NCBI GenBank assembly: GCA_951812775.1
Contig: OX638326.1
Span: forward strand, 3,823,180 to 3,887,179
Direction: 5' to 3'
DNA from: an uncultured Alphaproteobacteria bacterium
Lineage (GTDB): Bacteria > Pseudomonadota > Alphaproteobacteria > MPNO01 > UBA2964
DNA: 64,000 nucleotides
A program made the position numbers and the translations under genes. The notes below the pieces were generated by a model. That model was not told the DNA's origin. It did not search any database and saw nothing but the letters and a program-made list of their open reading frames with translations. Of the stretch, positions 50,283 through 62,457 are shown piece by piece. Position 1 is the first letter of the stretch. Every line of letters begins with the position of its first letter.

Positions 50283-51659
50283 TTAGTCTTCATCCCGCAA
50301 TACGGCATGGATGAGCCAGTGGGCAATGGCGACCAAGTCATAATCTTGGCGATAATATCCGATGAGCTGAATGCCCAGGGGCATATCATCTTGGGCTAAA
50401 AGTGGGACATTCAAGGCCGGAACACCAAGCTGAGAGGAGTGTTCGCCATACACAGCATTGCCGACTGGCATACCCTCCGGCGCTGGTCCTGTAGCGTTTA
50501 ACGTGAGCAAGGCGTCATATTTTTCTGATAGGGCCTGGTGTCGTACTTTGGCTTCCGCGCTCCATATCAGGGTTTCTTCATATTGTTCCGGTGTGATGTC
50601 TGCAGAGGAAAGAGCTCTGTTGAGAACTCGTTCCCCAAGCTTTTCAGGATTGCGATCAGCATACATCATCAGCGGCCAGCGGCCCTCATACGCCAAAGTC
50701 ACTTCCATAACCTCGCGCAACTTGATCAGGTCCTGTTCGTAGGCTTCCAGTTCCGGATCATCCTGACGACCAACGACCTCGACGCCGCGGCCCTCAAGTT
50801 TGTCGAGCATCTTGTTGAAAATAGCACGGGTTTCTTCAGGTGTTTCGAGCCATCCTGCGCTTTCGATACGCGCTACGCGCTTCGGTTTTCTGGCTTTGGG
50901 GAAAACTGCCTCACCTTTGAGGCTGGGATGTCCGGCGTCACCTCCAGCATTTCTTGATAGCCAGTAGCCGGTTATCCAGGCATCCGCCAAGGAGCCGGCG
51001 AGTATTCCCAAATGACCGACACTTGGTGGCGGCGGAAAGCCACCACGGGTGTTGATCGCGCCATGGGATGGCTTCAATGCCCAAGCACCGCAGAAGCAGG
51101 CAGGCCGTAAGACCGAACCACGAACTTGTGTTCCAGTTGCGGCAGGAACCATGGAGGCGCCGACTGCCGCTCCTGAACCACTCGATGAACCTCCAGGTGT
51201 GCGGTTGGTGTCCCACGGGTTGCGTGCCGGGCCGGGATCACCAAAAGCAAATTCGGTGGTAACTGTTTTGCCGACGACGATCGCCCCCCCGCGGCGGAGA
51301 AAATACACCGAGGCTGCATCCCAACCAGTTTCGTATCCGTCAAAAAGCGGGCTACCCAATTGCATCGGCATGTCTTCGGTTTCAAACACGTCCTTAATAG
51401 CGATAGGCATGCCGTCCAGAGGAGATAGCGGCGCGCCATTTCGATATCGTTCCGTTGCCTCGTCCGCCATCTTGCGAGCGCGATCAACCGACATTGTTAC
51501 AAAGGCCCTGACCTCGGCCTCGCGAGCATCAATAGTCTCTATACAGCGCTCGAGATACGCTCTGGGCGTATCGCTCCTGTCCAGGAAGGCTGGTAGCTTG
51601 TCGTGAAAGGTCAGCAATTTGGTCGAGGATGGATCGTAGGCCAACGTATTCCTCCGCAA
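50283..51659 (-). CDS. amidase-signature family amidase
   Basis: 458 aa; GGSSSGSGAAVGA signature. Confidence 0.75.
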   Translation of the reverse strand: MRRNTLAYDPSSTKLLTFHDKLPAFLDRSDTPRAYLERCIETIDAREAEVRAFVTMSVDRARKMADEATERYRNGAPLSPLDGMPIAIKDVFETEDMPMQLGSPLFDGYETGWDAASVYFLRRGGAIVVGKTVTTEFAFGDPGPARNPWDTNRTPGGSSSGSGAAVGASMVPAATGTQVRGSVLRPACFCGAWALKPSHGAINTRGGFPPPPSVGHLGILAGSLADAWITGYWLSRNAGGDAGHPSLKGEAVFPKARKPKRVARIESAGWLETPEETRAIFNKMLDKLEGRGVEVVGRQDDPELEAYEQDLIKLREVMEVTLAYEGRWPLMMYADRNPEKLGERVLNRALSSADITPEQYEETLIWSAEAKVRHQALSEKYDALLTLNATGPAPEGMPVGNAVYGEHSSQLGVPALNVPLLAQDDMPLGIQLIGYYRQDYDLVAIAHWLIHAVLRDED

Positions 51660-51864
51660 AGTGGGTGTTTTCGCAACCGCCAGTCGATTTCGATATCAAG
51701 AGTTACAATTTATTGTTTTGTTCAATAAAATCAACAATTTATAAATTCCCCCAAATTATAAATTAACGCTTTGTTAACTATACTTCACAATGGTAACGAA
51801 TAGGTGATAAGGCATAAATTCTAAGAAATTCTCATCTTGGTTGGCGTCAGTATAAAAGAATAAA

Positions 51865-53506
51865 ATGGGTTTAATTCATTCACGGACTTTCCTCCGGGAA
51901 CGTCACGAAATCGTTGACCGCTTGAGCAAATGGCAGGTGCTGGTCAATCTCGTCGCTAAAACTTTTGGCGGTTCGGCATCTTTGGTTTGCCAGATAACAG
52001 AATCGGGTATTCGTCCGGTCGTCTCTAGCGATCAGGAAAGCAACCCGTTTCCTATCGGGGCAACTTTTCCATTTGAAGCCCACACCTTCTGCAAAGAGGT
52101 AATTGTTAAGCAGGAGCCGGTTTACGTTCCAAATGCGCCCGAATATCCCTATTGGGAAGAAAGCCCTGTTTGGACTGAACATGGCTTCCGGACGTACTAT
52201 GGGGTGCCACTTTTTTGGCCGGATGGCCAGGCCTTCGGAACCATTTGTGTCATGGATCTTGTTTCGACGGAGTACGAAGAACCGTTTATCCACTGGCTCA
52301 CCTGTTTTCGGGATTTGGTTGAAGCAGACCTTATATCGGCGGCACAATTTTATATCGGCGGCACAATTTTTGAACAAATCAGAATTTCTCGCTGGCGTCA
52401 GTCATGAGCTGAGAACACCAATGAACGGCATTGTTGGGATGGCAGAGTCCCTGTTGCGTTCGACATTGTCTGACAATCAAAAACTTGAAGTCGAAACGAT
52501 AAAAGACTGCGCGGAAACATTGGTGTCATTACTCGATGACATTTCAGATATTTCCAAAATTGAAGCCGGCCATCTTGAAATCGATATTCAGAGCTTTAGC
52601 CTCAATGAGATGATAGCTCATACCGAGCGCCTTTGGCGGACGCATGCGGATGCGAAAGGGCTGGCACTAACGGTCGATATTGCACTGGATATCCCTACTG
52701 TTCTGGAAGGCGATGTTAATCGAATAAAGCAGGTTTTATTCAATTTACTCTCCAATGCGATAAAATATACCGACCATGGATCGGTGACGGTGAAAGCTCT
52801 GTCCAAAGGTCTAAAAGAGGGTTCACATATCGTCCGGTTTGAGGTGCAGGATACCGGCATTGGACTCGATTGTGATGATCAGGAGGTCCTTTTTCAGCGA
52901 TTTATTCAACCTAACCCGTCAATCGGTGAGGCTGAGGGTGGCGCAGGTCTTGGTATTGCGATCAGTCGAAATCTCGTCGAGATGATGGGCGGCGAGATAG
53001 GGGTCGATAGCGAGGTTGATACGGGGTCGACCTTTTATTTTGAGTTGCCGTTTGGTGTGCCTGGCGAGGCCGACAAAGCGCCAGCTACATCTAAGGCAAA
53101 AGAAGAGCCTGAAACTGCTACCGACGTTTCCGTATTGATCGTAGAAGATAACCGCGTAAATCAACGCGTTCTTGAGGTATATCTTGCACCGTTTGATTTT
53201 GATGCGACGATTGCCGTCAATGGTGCTGAAGCAGTTGCTGCCATTCAAGATGAACAGTTCGATGTTATTTTTATGGATATCCAGATGCCGGTCATGGATG
53301 GGATTCATGCAACCCGAAAGATTCGTGAAGTAGGTGGTTGGTGCGCAAGCGTTCCCATCGTTGCTGTTACGGCGAACGCAACGGCTGGTGATCGGGAACG
53401 CTACCTCGAAGCTGGCATGGATGATTACATTCCCAAACCGGTAGATCGAAGCGCCTTGTTTGAGGTTCTCAGAAAGTACAAACTGGCTTCAAAAATCGTT
53501 GACTGA
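51865..53506 (+). pseudogene. GAF-domain hybrid sensor histidine kinase/response regulator, interrupted by a 19-bp tandem duplication
   Basis: 51865..52407 encodes the GAF domain. 52103..53506 encodes HisKA (VSHELRTPMNGI), HATPase and a C-terminal REC (VLIVEDN...MDIQMP). The reading frames differ by +1 exactly at the duplication. Confidence 0.7.
52332..52369 (+). repeat. perfect 19-bp direct tandem duplication (tatatcggcggcacaattt x2) inside the hybrid kinase gene
   Basis: read directly: 52332-52350 is identical to 52351-52369; removing one copy restores ...EADLISAAQFLNKSEFLAGVSHELRTP in one frame. Confidence 0.85.
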
Positions 53507-53523
53507 AGGGCCTGTCGCGGGAA

Positions 53524-54957
53524 TTACGCTGCGGTGCCACCAACGGTAAGGTTGTCGAGTAGCATCGTTGGCTGACCTACACCGACTGGTACGCCTTGGC
53601 CGTCCTTCCCGCAAGTTCCGACACCTGGATCAAGTGTCATATCATTGCCGATCATTTTGACGTGGGTCAGTGCATCCGGACCGTTGCCGATAAGGGTCGC
53701 CCCTTTTACCGGCGCGCCAACTTTACCGTTCTCAATAAGATAGGCTTCGGAGGCGGTGAACACGAATTTTCCGGATGTTATGTCAACCTGGCCGCCGCCA
53801 AAATTGACGGCATAAAGACCATTTTGAACTGAGCTCAGAATTTCTTCCGGTGAATGTTTACCATCCATCATGTAGGTGTTCGTCATGCGCGGCATTGGTG
53901 CATGGGCAAAACTTTCGCGGCGACCATTTCCTGTCGGTGCCATGCCCATGAGGCAGGCATTTTGCCGATCCTGCATATAGCCAACTAATATGCCATCTTC
54001 GATGAGGACCGTTTTTGATGTTGGCGTTCCTTCATCATCAATCGAGAGGGAGCCGCGGCGGTCATGGATCGTCCCGTCATCAACGACGGTAACGCCTTCT
54101 GAAGCGACGCGTTCGCCCATGAGACCTGAGAACGCTGACGTTTTCTTGCGATTGAAGTCACCTTCGAGGCCATGCCCAATGGCTTCATGCAGCAAAATGC
54201 CCGGCCAACCTGGGCCGATGACGACCTGCATTTCACCGGCCGGCGTATCAACTGAGTCGAGATTGACCAGCGCCTGACGCAATGCCTCGTCAACCTGTGA
54301 CTGCCATTGGTCGGGTTCAATATAGGTGGCATATCCGGTTCGACCGCCAGTGCCATGGCTGCCGGTTTCCATACGGTCACCCTCGGCGGCGACAATAGAA
54401 ACGTTTACCTGTACGAGTGGTCGAATATCTGCAACGCGTTCGCCGCCCGCTCTGAGAATCTGGACCGCCTGCCACTCGCCTGAAATGGACGCTGACACCT
54501 GCGCGACTCTTGGGTCTTTGGCCCTCGCATAGGCATCTATTTCAGCCAGCAACGACACCTTTTGTTCGAAGCTGACTTCACCAAGCGGGTTGGTGTCAGT
54601 ATAGAGGGAAAGGTTTGTCCCTTGAGGTGCTTCAGCTGCTGAACCGCTATGACCTGCATGGACAGCTGTTACAGTTTCAGCCGCTCTTTTTATAGCTGCC
54701 TCGGAAAGTTCTGAGGCATGAGAATATCCAACGGCTTCATCAGCAATCGCTCTCAGTCCGAAACCCTGGGCAGTATCGAAAGAAGCGCTACGCAAACGAC
54801 CATCGTCGAAAGAAAGGCTTTCTGACTGCCGGTATTCAAGAAACAGTTCGCCATCATCTGCACTTGTTAGCGCACCATCGACGATGCCATTGATTCGATC
54901 CCGGTCCATTCCGGCTTTTTCGAAAAAGAGTTGGTCGGTTTTCGCTAAATCAGTCAC
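53524..54957 (-). CDS. tldD: metalloprotease TldD
   Basis: 477 aa; TldD-specific N-terminus and HEAIGHGLEGD motif. Confidence 0.85.
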   Translation of the reverse strand: MTDLAKTDQLFFEKAGMDRDRINGIVDGALTSADDGELFLEYRQSESLSFDDGRLRSASFDTAQGFGLRAIADEAVGYSHASELSEAAIKRAAETVTAVHAGHSGSAAEAPQGTNLSLYTDTNPLGEVSFEQKVSLLAEIDAYARAKDPRVAQVSASISGEWQAVQILRAGGERVADIRPLVQVNVSIVAAEGDRMETGSHGTGGRTGYATYIEPDQWQSQVDEALRQALVNLDSVDTPAGEMQVVIGPGWPGILLHEAIGHGLEGDFNRKKTSAFSGLMGERVASEGVTVVDDGTIHDRRGSLSIDDEGTPTSKTVLIEDGILVGYMQDRQNACLMGMAPTGNGRRESFAHAPMPRMTNTYMMDGKHSPEEILSSVQNGLYAVNFGGGQVDITSGKFVFTASEAYLIENGKVGAPVKGATLIGNGPDALTHVKMIGNDMTLDPGVGTCGKDGQGVPVGVGQPTMLLDNLTVGGTAA

Positions 54958-55280
54958 TCCAAGGTCCTTTCAGGAGAAAAATCGGCAAAAATACTGCGAA
55001 TTATGGCGAAAACCCCAATCTGGGGTCATTTAGCTGAATTTGCCATCAAAATGTTAACGGCCTGTTTACCATATCGTCCACACTCTGTCTGGACGCAGTT
55101 GCGACATAGGGTCGCGTCGGCGCCTTACGCTATCTGCAGCCCCAATGCTTGGGGTAATATAGTTAAAGATTTTATCAGGAGTCTTCCTGATTAATCGTTG
55201 TAGCCAATGTGGCAGTACATCTCTCCCGGCAGATTGTCAGGAGGGTTTGCGGTGCTCAGGCCAAAGAACGGAAGAGAGCG

Positions 55281-56138
55281 ATGCGGTTTAATAAAATTCT
55301 TTCGGCGATTTCATCGATTGGGGCAGGCCTGTTTTGTGGGCTTTTTGCGACAAGCGCTTCGGCGACTTTCGCTGAGCCTTGGCAGACAGGCTTCCAAACA
55401 GCTGTCACAGAGGTGATGGAAGACATTACCGATTTTCATAATCTGCTATTGGTGATCATCACGCTGATTACGATTTTTGTACTGGTTCTGCTGGTCTATA
55501 CGATGTGGCGGTTCAGCGCGAAACGAAACCCGGTACCTTCAAAGACAACCCATCACGCGATGCTGGAGATGGTCTGGACGATTGTTCCGGTTATCATCCT
55601 GGTCGTAATCGCGGTGCCCTCGTTCAAATTGCTTTATAAAGCGGATGTTGTGCCGAAAGCGGATATGACCGTTAAGGCGATCGGCAATCAATGGTACTGG
55701 CAATACGAATATCCCGATCATGGTAATTTTGGATTTGCCTCTAATATGATCCAGGATGCTGACCTCGCGAAATTTGCCAAAGAGAATAATATTAAGAACC
55801 CCAAGCGGCTTCTTGAAACCGACACTGAAGTTGTCGTTCCCGTAAATACAACGGTTCGCGTGCAGGTGACGGCCAATGACGTACTTCATGCTTGGGCGAT
55901 CCCTGCTTTTGGCGTCAAGATTGATGGCGTGCCCGGTCGTTTGAACCAGACCTGGTTCAATGCAAAGAAAGAGGGCACCTATTACGGTCAGTGTTCCGAA
56001 CTTTGCGGGGTAAATCATGGCTTTATGCCCATTAAGGTCAAGGTTGTTTCAAAGGCCGCCTTTGACGCCTGGGTGACAGCGCAGCGCAAGGCTGCAGGCC
56101 TCGCCCCAATGACTTCAGAGCGGCGTGACGTCGGCTAA
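55281..56138 (+). CDS. coxB: cytochrome c oxidase subunit II
   Basis: signal/TM N-terminus, two TM helices, CuA site CSELCGVNHGFM; start at ATG 55281 with RBS. Confidence 0.85.
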   Translation: MRFNKILSAISSIGAGLFCGLFATSASATFAEPWQTGFQTAVTEVMEDITDFHNLLLVIITLITIFVLVLLVYTMWRFSAKRNPVPSKTTHHAMLEMVWTIVPVIILVVIAVPSFKLLYKADVVPKADMTVKAIGNQWYWQYEYPDHGNFGFASNMIQDADLAKFAKENNIKNPKRLLETDTEVVVPVNTTVRVQVTANDVLHAWAIPAFGVKIDGVPGRLNQTWFNAKKEGTYYGQCSELCGVNHGFMPIKVKVVSKAAFDAWVTAQRKAAGLAPMTSERRDVG

Positions 56139-56176
56139 ACTTAATAACTCGGCTCGTTGAGCAAGAAGGCAGGTAG

Positions 56177-57790
<1,614 letters not shown>

Positions 57791-57826
57791 CGATAATTTG
57801 GAAGGTTAATAGGGAAAGACATCACG

Positions 57827-58741
57827 GTGACAGAAAAGTCTGGCGATATGACAATGACAGCGGCAGTGCCGACGGGCGGTGACGTCGCCGATTACATTGC
57901 CCTGTTGAAACCACGTGTCATGTCGCTGGTGGTGTTTACAGCCTTAGCTGGCCTTTATCTGGCACCTGGCTCCATTCATCCTGTGATTGCTGTGGTTGCG
58001 GTGCTTTGCATCGCAGTGGGGGCCGGCGCGTCCGGCGCTATCAATATGTGGTATGACCGCGATATTGACGCCGTGATGACCCGTACCGCAGAACGTCCGG
58101 TACCGACTGGCCGCATTGAACCTGGGGCCGCACTCGCCTTTGGCGTGGCTTTATCGGTTTGGTCTGTCATGGTGATGGGGATTGCGGTCGATTGGGCTGC
58201 CGCCGCATTGCTGGCTTTTACTATCGCGTTTTATGTCTTCATTTACACGATGTGGCTTAAACGTCGGACACCCCAAAATATCGTCATCGGTGGCGCGGCA
58301 GGTGCGTTCCCACCAATGGTTGGATGGGCCGCTGTCTCTGGTGATATCTCCCTGAGTTCAATTGTCCTGTTTGCGATTATCTTCATGTGGACGCCGCCGC
58401 ATTTCTGGGCATTGGCGCTGTATCGTCGCGGTGACTACGAAAAAGCCGGTGTGCCCATGATGCCAGTCGTTGCAGGGGAGAAAGAGACCAAGCGGCAGAT
58501 CGTTCTGTATTCGGTGCTGTTGGCGCCGCTCGGCATGGCGCCGACATTTATCGGCATGTCTAGCTGGTACTATGGCGGCATAGCAGGCGTTCTGGGCCTG
58601 ATCTTTGTCGGGCTGTCCGTGGCGATCTATAGAGAAACAGAATATCGTTTTGCGCGTCGAACCTTTGCTTTTTCAATCCTGTATCTGTTTTTGCTGTTTG
58701 CTGCCCTTATCGCAGACAAAGCAGCCGGACTCGCAGGGTGA
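57827..58741 (+). CDS. ctaB: protoheme IX farnesyltransferase (heme O synthase)
   Basis: UbiA-superfamily prenyltransferase in the cox cluster. Confidence 0.85.
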   Translation: MTEKSGDMTMTAAVPTGGDVADYIALLKPRVMSLVVFTALAGLYLAPGSIHPVIAVVAVLCIAVGAGASGAINMWYDRDIDAVMTRTAERPVPTGRIEPGAALAFGVALSVWSVMVMGIAVDWAAAALLAFTIAFYVFIYTMWLKRRTPQNIVIGGAAGAFPPMVGWAAVSGDISLSSIVLFAIIFMWTPPHFWALALYRRGDYEKAGVPMMPVVAGEKETKRQIVLYSVLLAPLGMAPTFIGMSSWYYGGIAGVLGLIFVGLSVAIYRETEYRFARRTFAFSILYLFLLFAALIADKAAGLAG

Positions 58742-58744
58742 TCG

Positions 58745-58882
58745 ATGGACATGACCATGGATAATCCAGAAGAGCAGCGCGCCAAGTTAAAACGCCGCAA
58801 CCGCGCGTTGCTCATCGTGCTGATGGGAATGTGCGCTTTATTTTATGCCATTTCGATAGTTCGGATGGGGATTGCCGAATGA
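58745..58882 (+). CDS. small (45 aa) membrane protein between ctaB and ctaG (CoxF-like)
   Basis: MDMTMDNPEEQRAKLKRRNRALLIVLMGMCALFYAISIVRMGIAE; stop overlaps the ctaG start (ATGA); below the 60-aa ORF cut-off. Confidence 0.35.
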   Translation: MDMTMDNPEEQRAKLKRRNRALLIVLMGMCALFYAISIVRMGIAE

Positions 58883-59484
58883 GCCGACACGGTAAAACAG
58901 TTACGCTCTTTGGCGTGCTCTGCATTTTGGCGGGAATGACGACTCTGACCGCATACGCAGTGCCGCTTTACGAGCTGTTTTGTAAAGTGACAGGCTATGG
59001 CGGTACCACGCAAGTCGCGGACGGTCCGGCGAAATCCGTTCTTGATCGCAAAATTACCGTCCGGTTCAATGCTGATACAAATTCAGAGCTTCCCTGGAAA
59101 TTTGAGGCGGTACAAAACGCTGTTTCGGTAAAAGTCGGAGAGCCGGTCCTTGCTTTTTATGAGGCTAAGTCGTTGGCCAGTTACGACGTAACCGGGACGG
59201 CAACTTTTAATGTTGTCCCGAACAAGGCCGGAAAATATTTCAATAAAGTCGATTGTTTCTGCTTTACAGAACAAACGCTTAAAGCGGGAGCACGCGTCGA
59301 TTTGCCGGTTCAGTTCCATATCGACCCGGCTATTGCTGATGACCGGGGGCTGGACGATGTTGAAACCATCACCCTGTCATATACCTTTTTTAAAGCGGTA
59401 GAGAGTAAAGATAAGAATTCAAAACGATCTGCCTGGACGACAAAGACATCGCAACCCGGCGCAGCCGGTAAAGCGGTTAACTGA
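58879..59484 (+). CDS. ctaG: cytochrome c oxidase assembly protein CtaG/Cox11
   Basis: N-terminal TM then Cox11 copper-chaperone domain (CFCF motif). Confidence 0.8.
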   Translation: MSRHGKTVTLFGVLCILAGMTTLTAYAVPLYELFCKVTGYGGTTQVADGPAKSVLDRKITVRFNADTNSELPWKFEAVQNAVSVKVGEPVLAFYEAKSLASYDVTGTATFNVVPNKAGKYFNKVDCFCFTEQTLKAGARVDLPVQFHIDPAIADDRGLDDVETITLSYTFFKAVESKDKNSKRSAWTTKTSQPGAAGKAVN

Positions 59485-59516
59485 TAGAGCTATAACAAAC
59501 CACGGGAAATACGAAA

Positions 59517-60380
59517 ATGGTTGCACCCGCTGACAGCACTGCCGACGCACACGGCGCAGAACATAAACATCCTTGGCACTTGGTGGACCCAAGTCCTTGG
59601 CCAGTGGTTGGCGCCATCAGCGCCGGCGTCTTAGCGCTCGGTACCGTCATGTATATGCATGATGGTGGATCATGGATGCTTGCGCTTGGTTTTCTAGGCG
59701 TTGCCGCGACAATGTTCTTCTGGTTCCGCGATGTTGCCATGGAAGCGACATTTCAGGGGCACCATTCCATTCCGGTTCAGATCGGTATGCGATATGGCAT
59801 GGCGTTGTTCATTGCGTCCGAGGTGATGTTTTTCGTGGCCTGGTTCTGGGCTTTCTTTAATGCCAGTCTGTTTCCACCCGAGCAGATCAACGGTACCTGG
59901 CCGCCACCTGGCATTATTCCGTTTAATCCGTGGAGCTTGCCCTTCCTGAATACGCTGATCCTGTTGACCTCGGGTGTCACGTTGACATGGGCCCATCACG
60001 CGCTGATTGAAGGCAATAAGGACCATGTATTACAGGGGCTTGGCCTGACTATCTTCCTTGGTCTCGTCTTCTCCGGCGTTCAAGGATACGAATATTCGCA
60101 TGCCGCATTCAGCTTTGCGTTTGAAGAAGGTGCCGCCGGAAAAGGCGGGATTTATCCGACAGTGTTCTACATGGCCACCGGGTTCCATGGTTTCCATGTC
60201 ATCGTCGGAACGACCTTCCTGTGTGTCTGTTTTTATCGTGCTCAAAAAGATCACTTTAAGACTGACCATCATTTCGGTTTCGAAGCAGCCGCCTGGTACT
60301 GGCATTTTGTTGATGTCGTTTGGCTGTTCCTGTTTATCTGCATCTATTGGTGGGGCGCTGGCAACGCGCCGACGATCTGA
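59517..60380 (+). CDS. ctaE: cytochrome c oxidase subunit III
   Basis: 287 aa seven-TM subunit III. Confidence 0.85.
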   Translation: MVAPADSTADAHGAEHKHPWHLVDPSPWPVVGAISAGVLALGTVMYMHDGGSWMLALGFLGVAATMFFWFRDVAMEATFQGHHSIPVQIGMRYGMALFIASEVMFFVAWFWAFFNASLFPPEQINGTWPPPGIIPFNPWSLPFLNTLILLTSGVTLTWAHHALIEGNKDHVLQGLGLTIFLGLVFSGVQGYEYSHAAFSFAFEEGAAGKGGIYPTVFYMATGFHGFHVIVGTTFLCVCFYRAQKDHFKTDHHFGFEAAAWYWHFVDVVWLFLFICIYWWGAGNAPTI

Positions 60381-60407
60381 TCGGATATCAGAAATACTTA
60401 GTAAACC

Positions 60408-60436
60408 TCACGCCGCGGCATCCCACCGCGGCGTGA
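60408..60436 (+). terminator. rho-independent terminator after ctaE
   Basis: 11-bp perfect inverted repeat TCACGCCGCGG-CATCCCA-CCGCGGCGTGA followed by ATTCTTTCGGG. Confidence 0.6.
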
Positions 60437-60460
60437 ATTCTTTCGGGCAAGGATCATAGG

Positions 60461-60832
60461 ATGCCGGACCCCACGCATTATCCTAAAATACCTCCCTTGC
60501 AGGCTGGCCGAAGCCGTACTTGCCCGCGATGTGGCAAGGGCCCGCTTTACAATGGTCTCCTAACTGTTGCCGGAAAATGCTCTGTCTGTGACCTGGATCT
60601 TTCACCACATGATACCGGGGACGGTGCATCGGTGATTGTGATCTTTCTTCTCGGTGGTCTTGTTGTTCCGCTGGCCTTGAAATTCGAGGCTGCTTTTGGG
60701 CCACCGATATGGGCGCATCTCCTATTATGGCCGCCGATAATTATTGTGTTGGCTATTGCGTTTCCACGACCTGTAAAGGCAACATTGATCGCCTATCACT
60801 TTAAAAATCTGCGCCACAAATATGACGAATGA
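60461..60832 (+). CDS. DUF983-domain protein (zinc-ribbon + 2 TM), cox-cluster associated
   Basis: CPRCGKGPLY...CSVCDLDL zinc ribbon then TM helices. Confidence 0.65.
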   Translation: MPDPTHYPKIPPLQAGRSRTCPRCGKGPLYNGLLTVAGKCSVCDLDLSPHDTGDGASVIVIFLLGGLVVPLALKFEAAFGPPIWAHLLLWPPIIIVLAIAFPRPVKATLIAYHFKNLRHKYDE

Positions 60833-61544
60833 GCCAGCGACTGAGATGCCTCAAAAGCGAACCGGCAAGGGACTTGCAGTTCTTGCTCTTGGCACCTTTT
60901 GCGTTCTGATCACACTCGGTACCTGGCAGCTTCAACGGCTCGCCTGGAAAGAAGGGTTGATCGCTGAACGACAGGCAAAGCTCGCAATGGCACCGATTCA
61001 GGTGTCGAACCCTCTTGATGTCAAACCGGCACCATTCCGGCGTGTCGTGCTGGAAGGCCGCTTTCTGCATGATAAGGAAATATTTGTAGGGCCGCGCTCC
61101 TTTCGCGGGCGTCCCGGCTGGCATGTTGTTACACCGCTGCAATATAGATCGGGCGCAATCGTGTTGGTTGATCGCGGTTGGGTCCCGCAATCCCGACAGG
61201 ATGTTGCAAAACGGCAATCTGCTCAGAAGACAGGATTCGTCTCTGTCGTCGGTATTGCAGGGTGGCCGCGCAAGCTAGGGTGCTTTGAGCATCAGAACGA
61301 CCCTGGAAAGAACCAATGGTTTCGGGTGGCTCCTGACGCGATGGCGGCGAAGCTGAAATTAGAACAAGTTGCTGCTTTTTGGGTAATCGCAGATGCCACC
61401 CCCAATGCTGGTGGGTTTCCGATTGGCGGTGGCGGAATCAGAATGCCTGCGAACAATCACCTGCAATATGTCCTTACCTGGTATGGCATGGCCTTGGGAC
61501 TACTCGTGCTATCCATCGTCTACTGGCGGCAGAGGCGCCAATAG
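60822..61544 (+). CDS. SURF1-family cytochrome oxidase assembly protein
   Basis: 240 aa; N- and C-terminal TM helices; SURF1 family in the cox cluster. Confidence 0.75.
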   Translation: MTNEPATEMPQKRTGKGLAVLALGTFCVLITLGTWQLQRLAWKEGLIAERQAKLAMAPIQVSNPLDVKPAPFRRVVLEGRFLHDKEIFVGPRSFRGRPGWHVVTPLQYRSGAIVLVDRGWVPQSRQDVAKRQSAQKTGFVSVVGIAGWPRKLGCFEHQNDPGKNQWFRVAPDAMAAKLKLEQVAAFWVIADATPNAGGFPIGGGGIRMPANNHLQYVLTWYGMALGLLVLSIVYWRQRRQ

Positions 61545-62457
61545 TGCCCGGCGCGGCATTCTGGAAGCAGTCTTCGGTCCGAGGGGCACTTTGGATGTGT
61601 GCCGCATCTGTCATGATAGGGATTTCCGCTGCTTGCATCCGCGAGCTTTCCGGGACCTACAATACCTTTCAGCTGGTGTTTTTTCGCAGTGCCGTTGGCT
61701 TGCTGTTGCTCGTGCCATGGATGTTTCGGACGGCGAGGTTGGGCGTTTTATCGACGCAACGTCTGCCGCTATATCTGGTGAGAACGGTGCTTAGCTATCC
61801 GGGATGGTTTGTGTGTTCTATGGCCTGGCGAATATGCCAATTGGCGAGGTTTACGCCCTGTTATTCCTGGTGCCCATCATTACCATTGTGTTGGCGGTTC
61901 TTCTGCTCAAAGAAAGAGCGGGCGCCGAAGCCTGGATTGCTTGTGGTATCGCCTTTATCGGAGCGCTGGTCATTCTGCGACCCGGCATTATCGCTCTTAC
62001 ATTGGCGGCGGCGGTGGTGCTGGTAACTGCCGTGGCCTATTCCGCCGTTAATATCTGTATAAAATCCCTATCCAAAACCGATACACCTGCGCAGATTACA
62101 TTCTACGGACAGTTGCTCGCCTTACCGTTGGCGCTGGGTCCCGCGCTTTTCGTCTGGGTTACCCCTGAATGGTCAGATGTTCCCTTGATCTTTGCCCTTG
62201 GCGCCCTACAGCTGTTGGCGGGGCTGTGTCACGCCTATTCGGTACGTGCGGCAGATGCGCGAGTCGTGCAGCCGTTCAATTTCGTCCGTTTGCCCGCAAG
62301 TGTTTTGATCGCATTCGTTTTGTTTTCTGAGCTGCCATCGCCCTGGACCTGGCTCGGGGCGGGGATGATCTTTGCCAGATCGTACTATGTGCTTTACCGC
62401 GAGGCCGCAAATAAAGAGGCGGCTAGCGACGCAGAAGAAACTCCCTGCCAAGCTTGA
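61544..62457 (+). pseudogene. EamA-family (DMT) transporter, apparent frameshift in a TG repeat between the two EamA halves
   Basis: 61544..~61815 (frame 2) encodes the first EamA domain; 61804..62457 (frame 1) encodes the second; junction at tggtttgtgtgttctatgg. Confidence 0.55.

Noticed and set aside
55003-55194. 63-aa ORF upstream of the cox operon
   Set aside because: It lies in the promoter/leader region of coxB, has no recognisable features or RBS, and is likely spurious.
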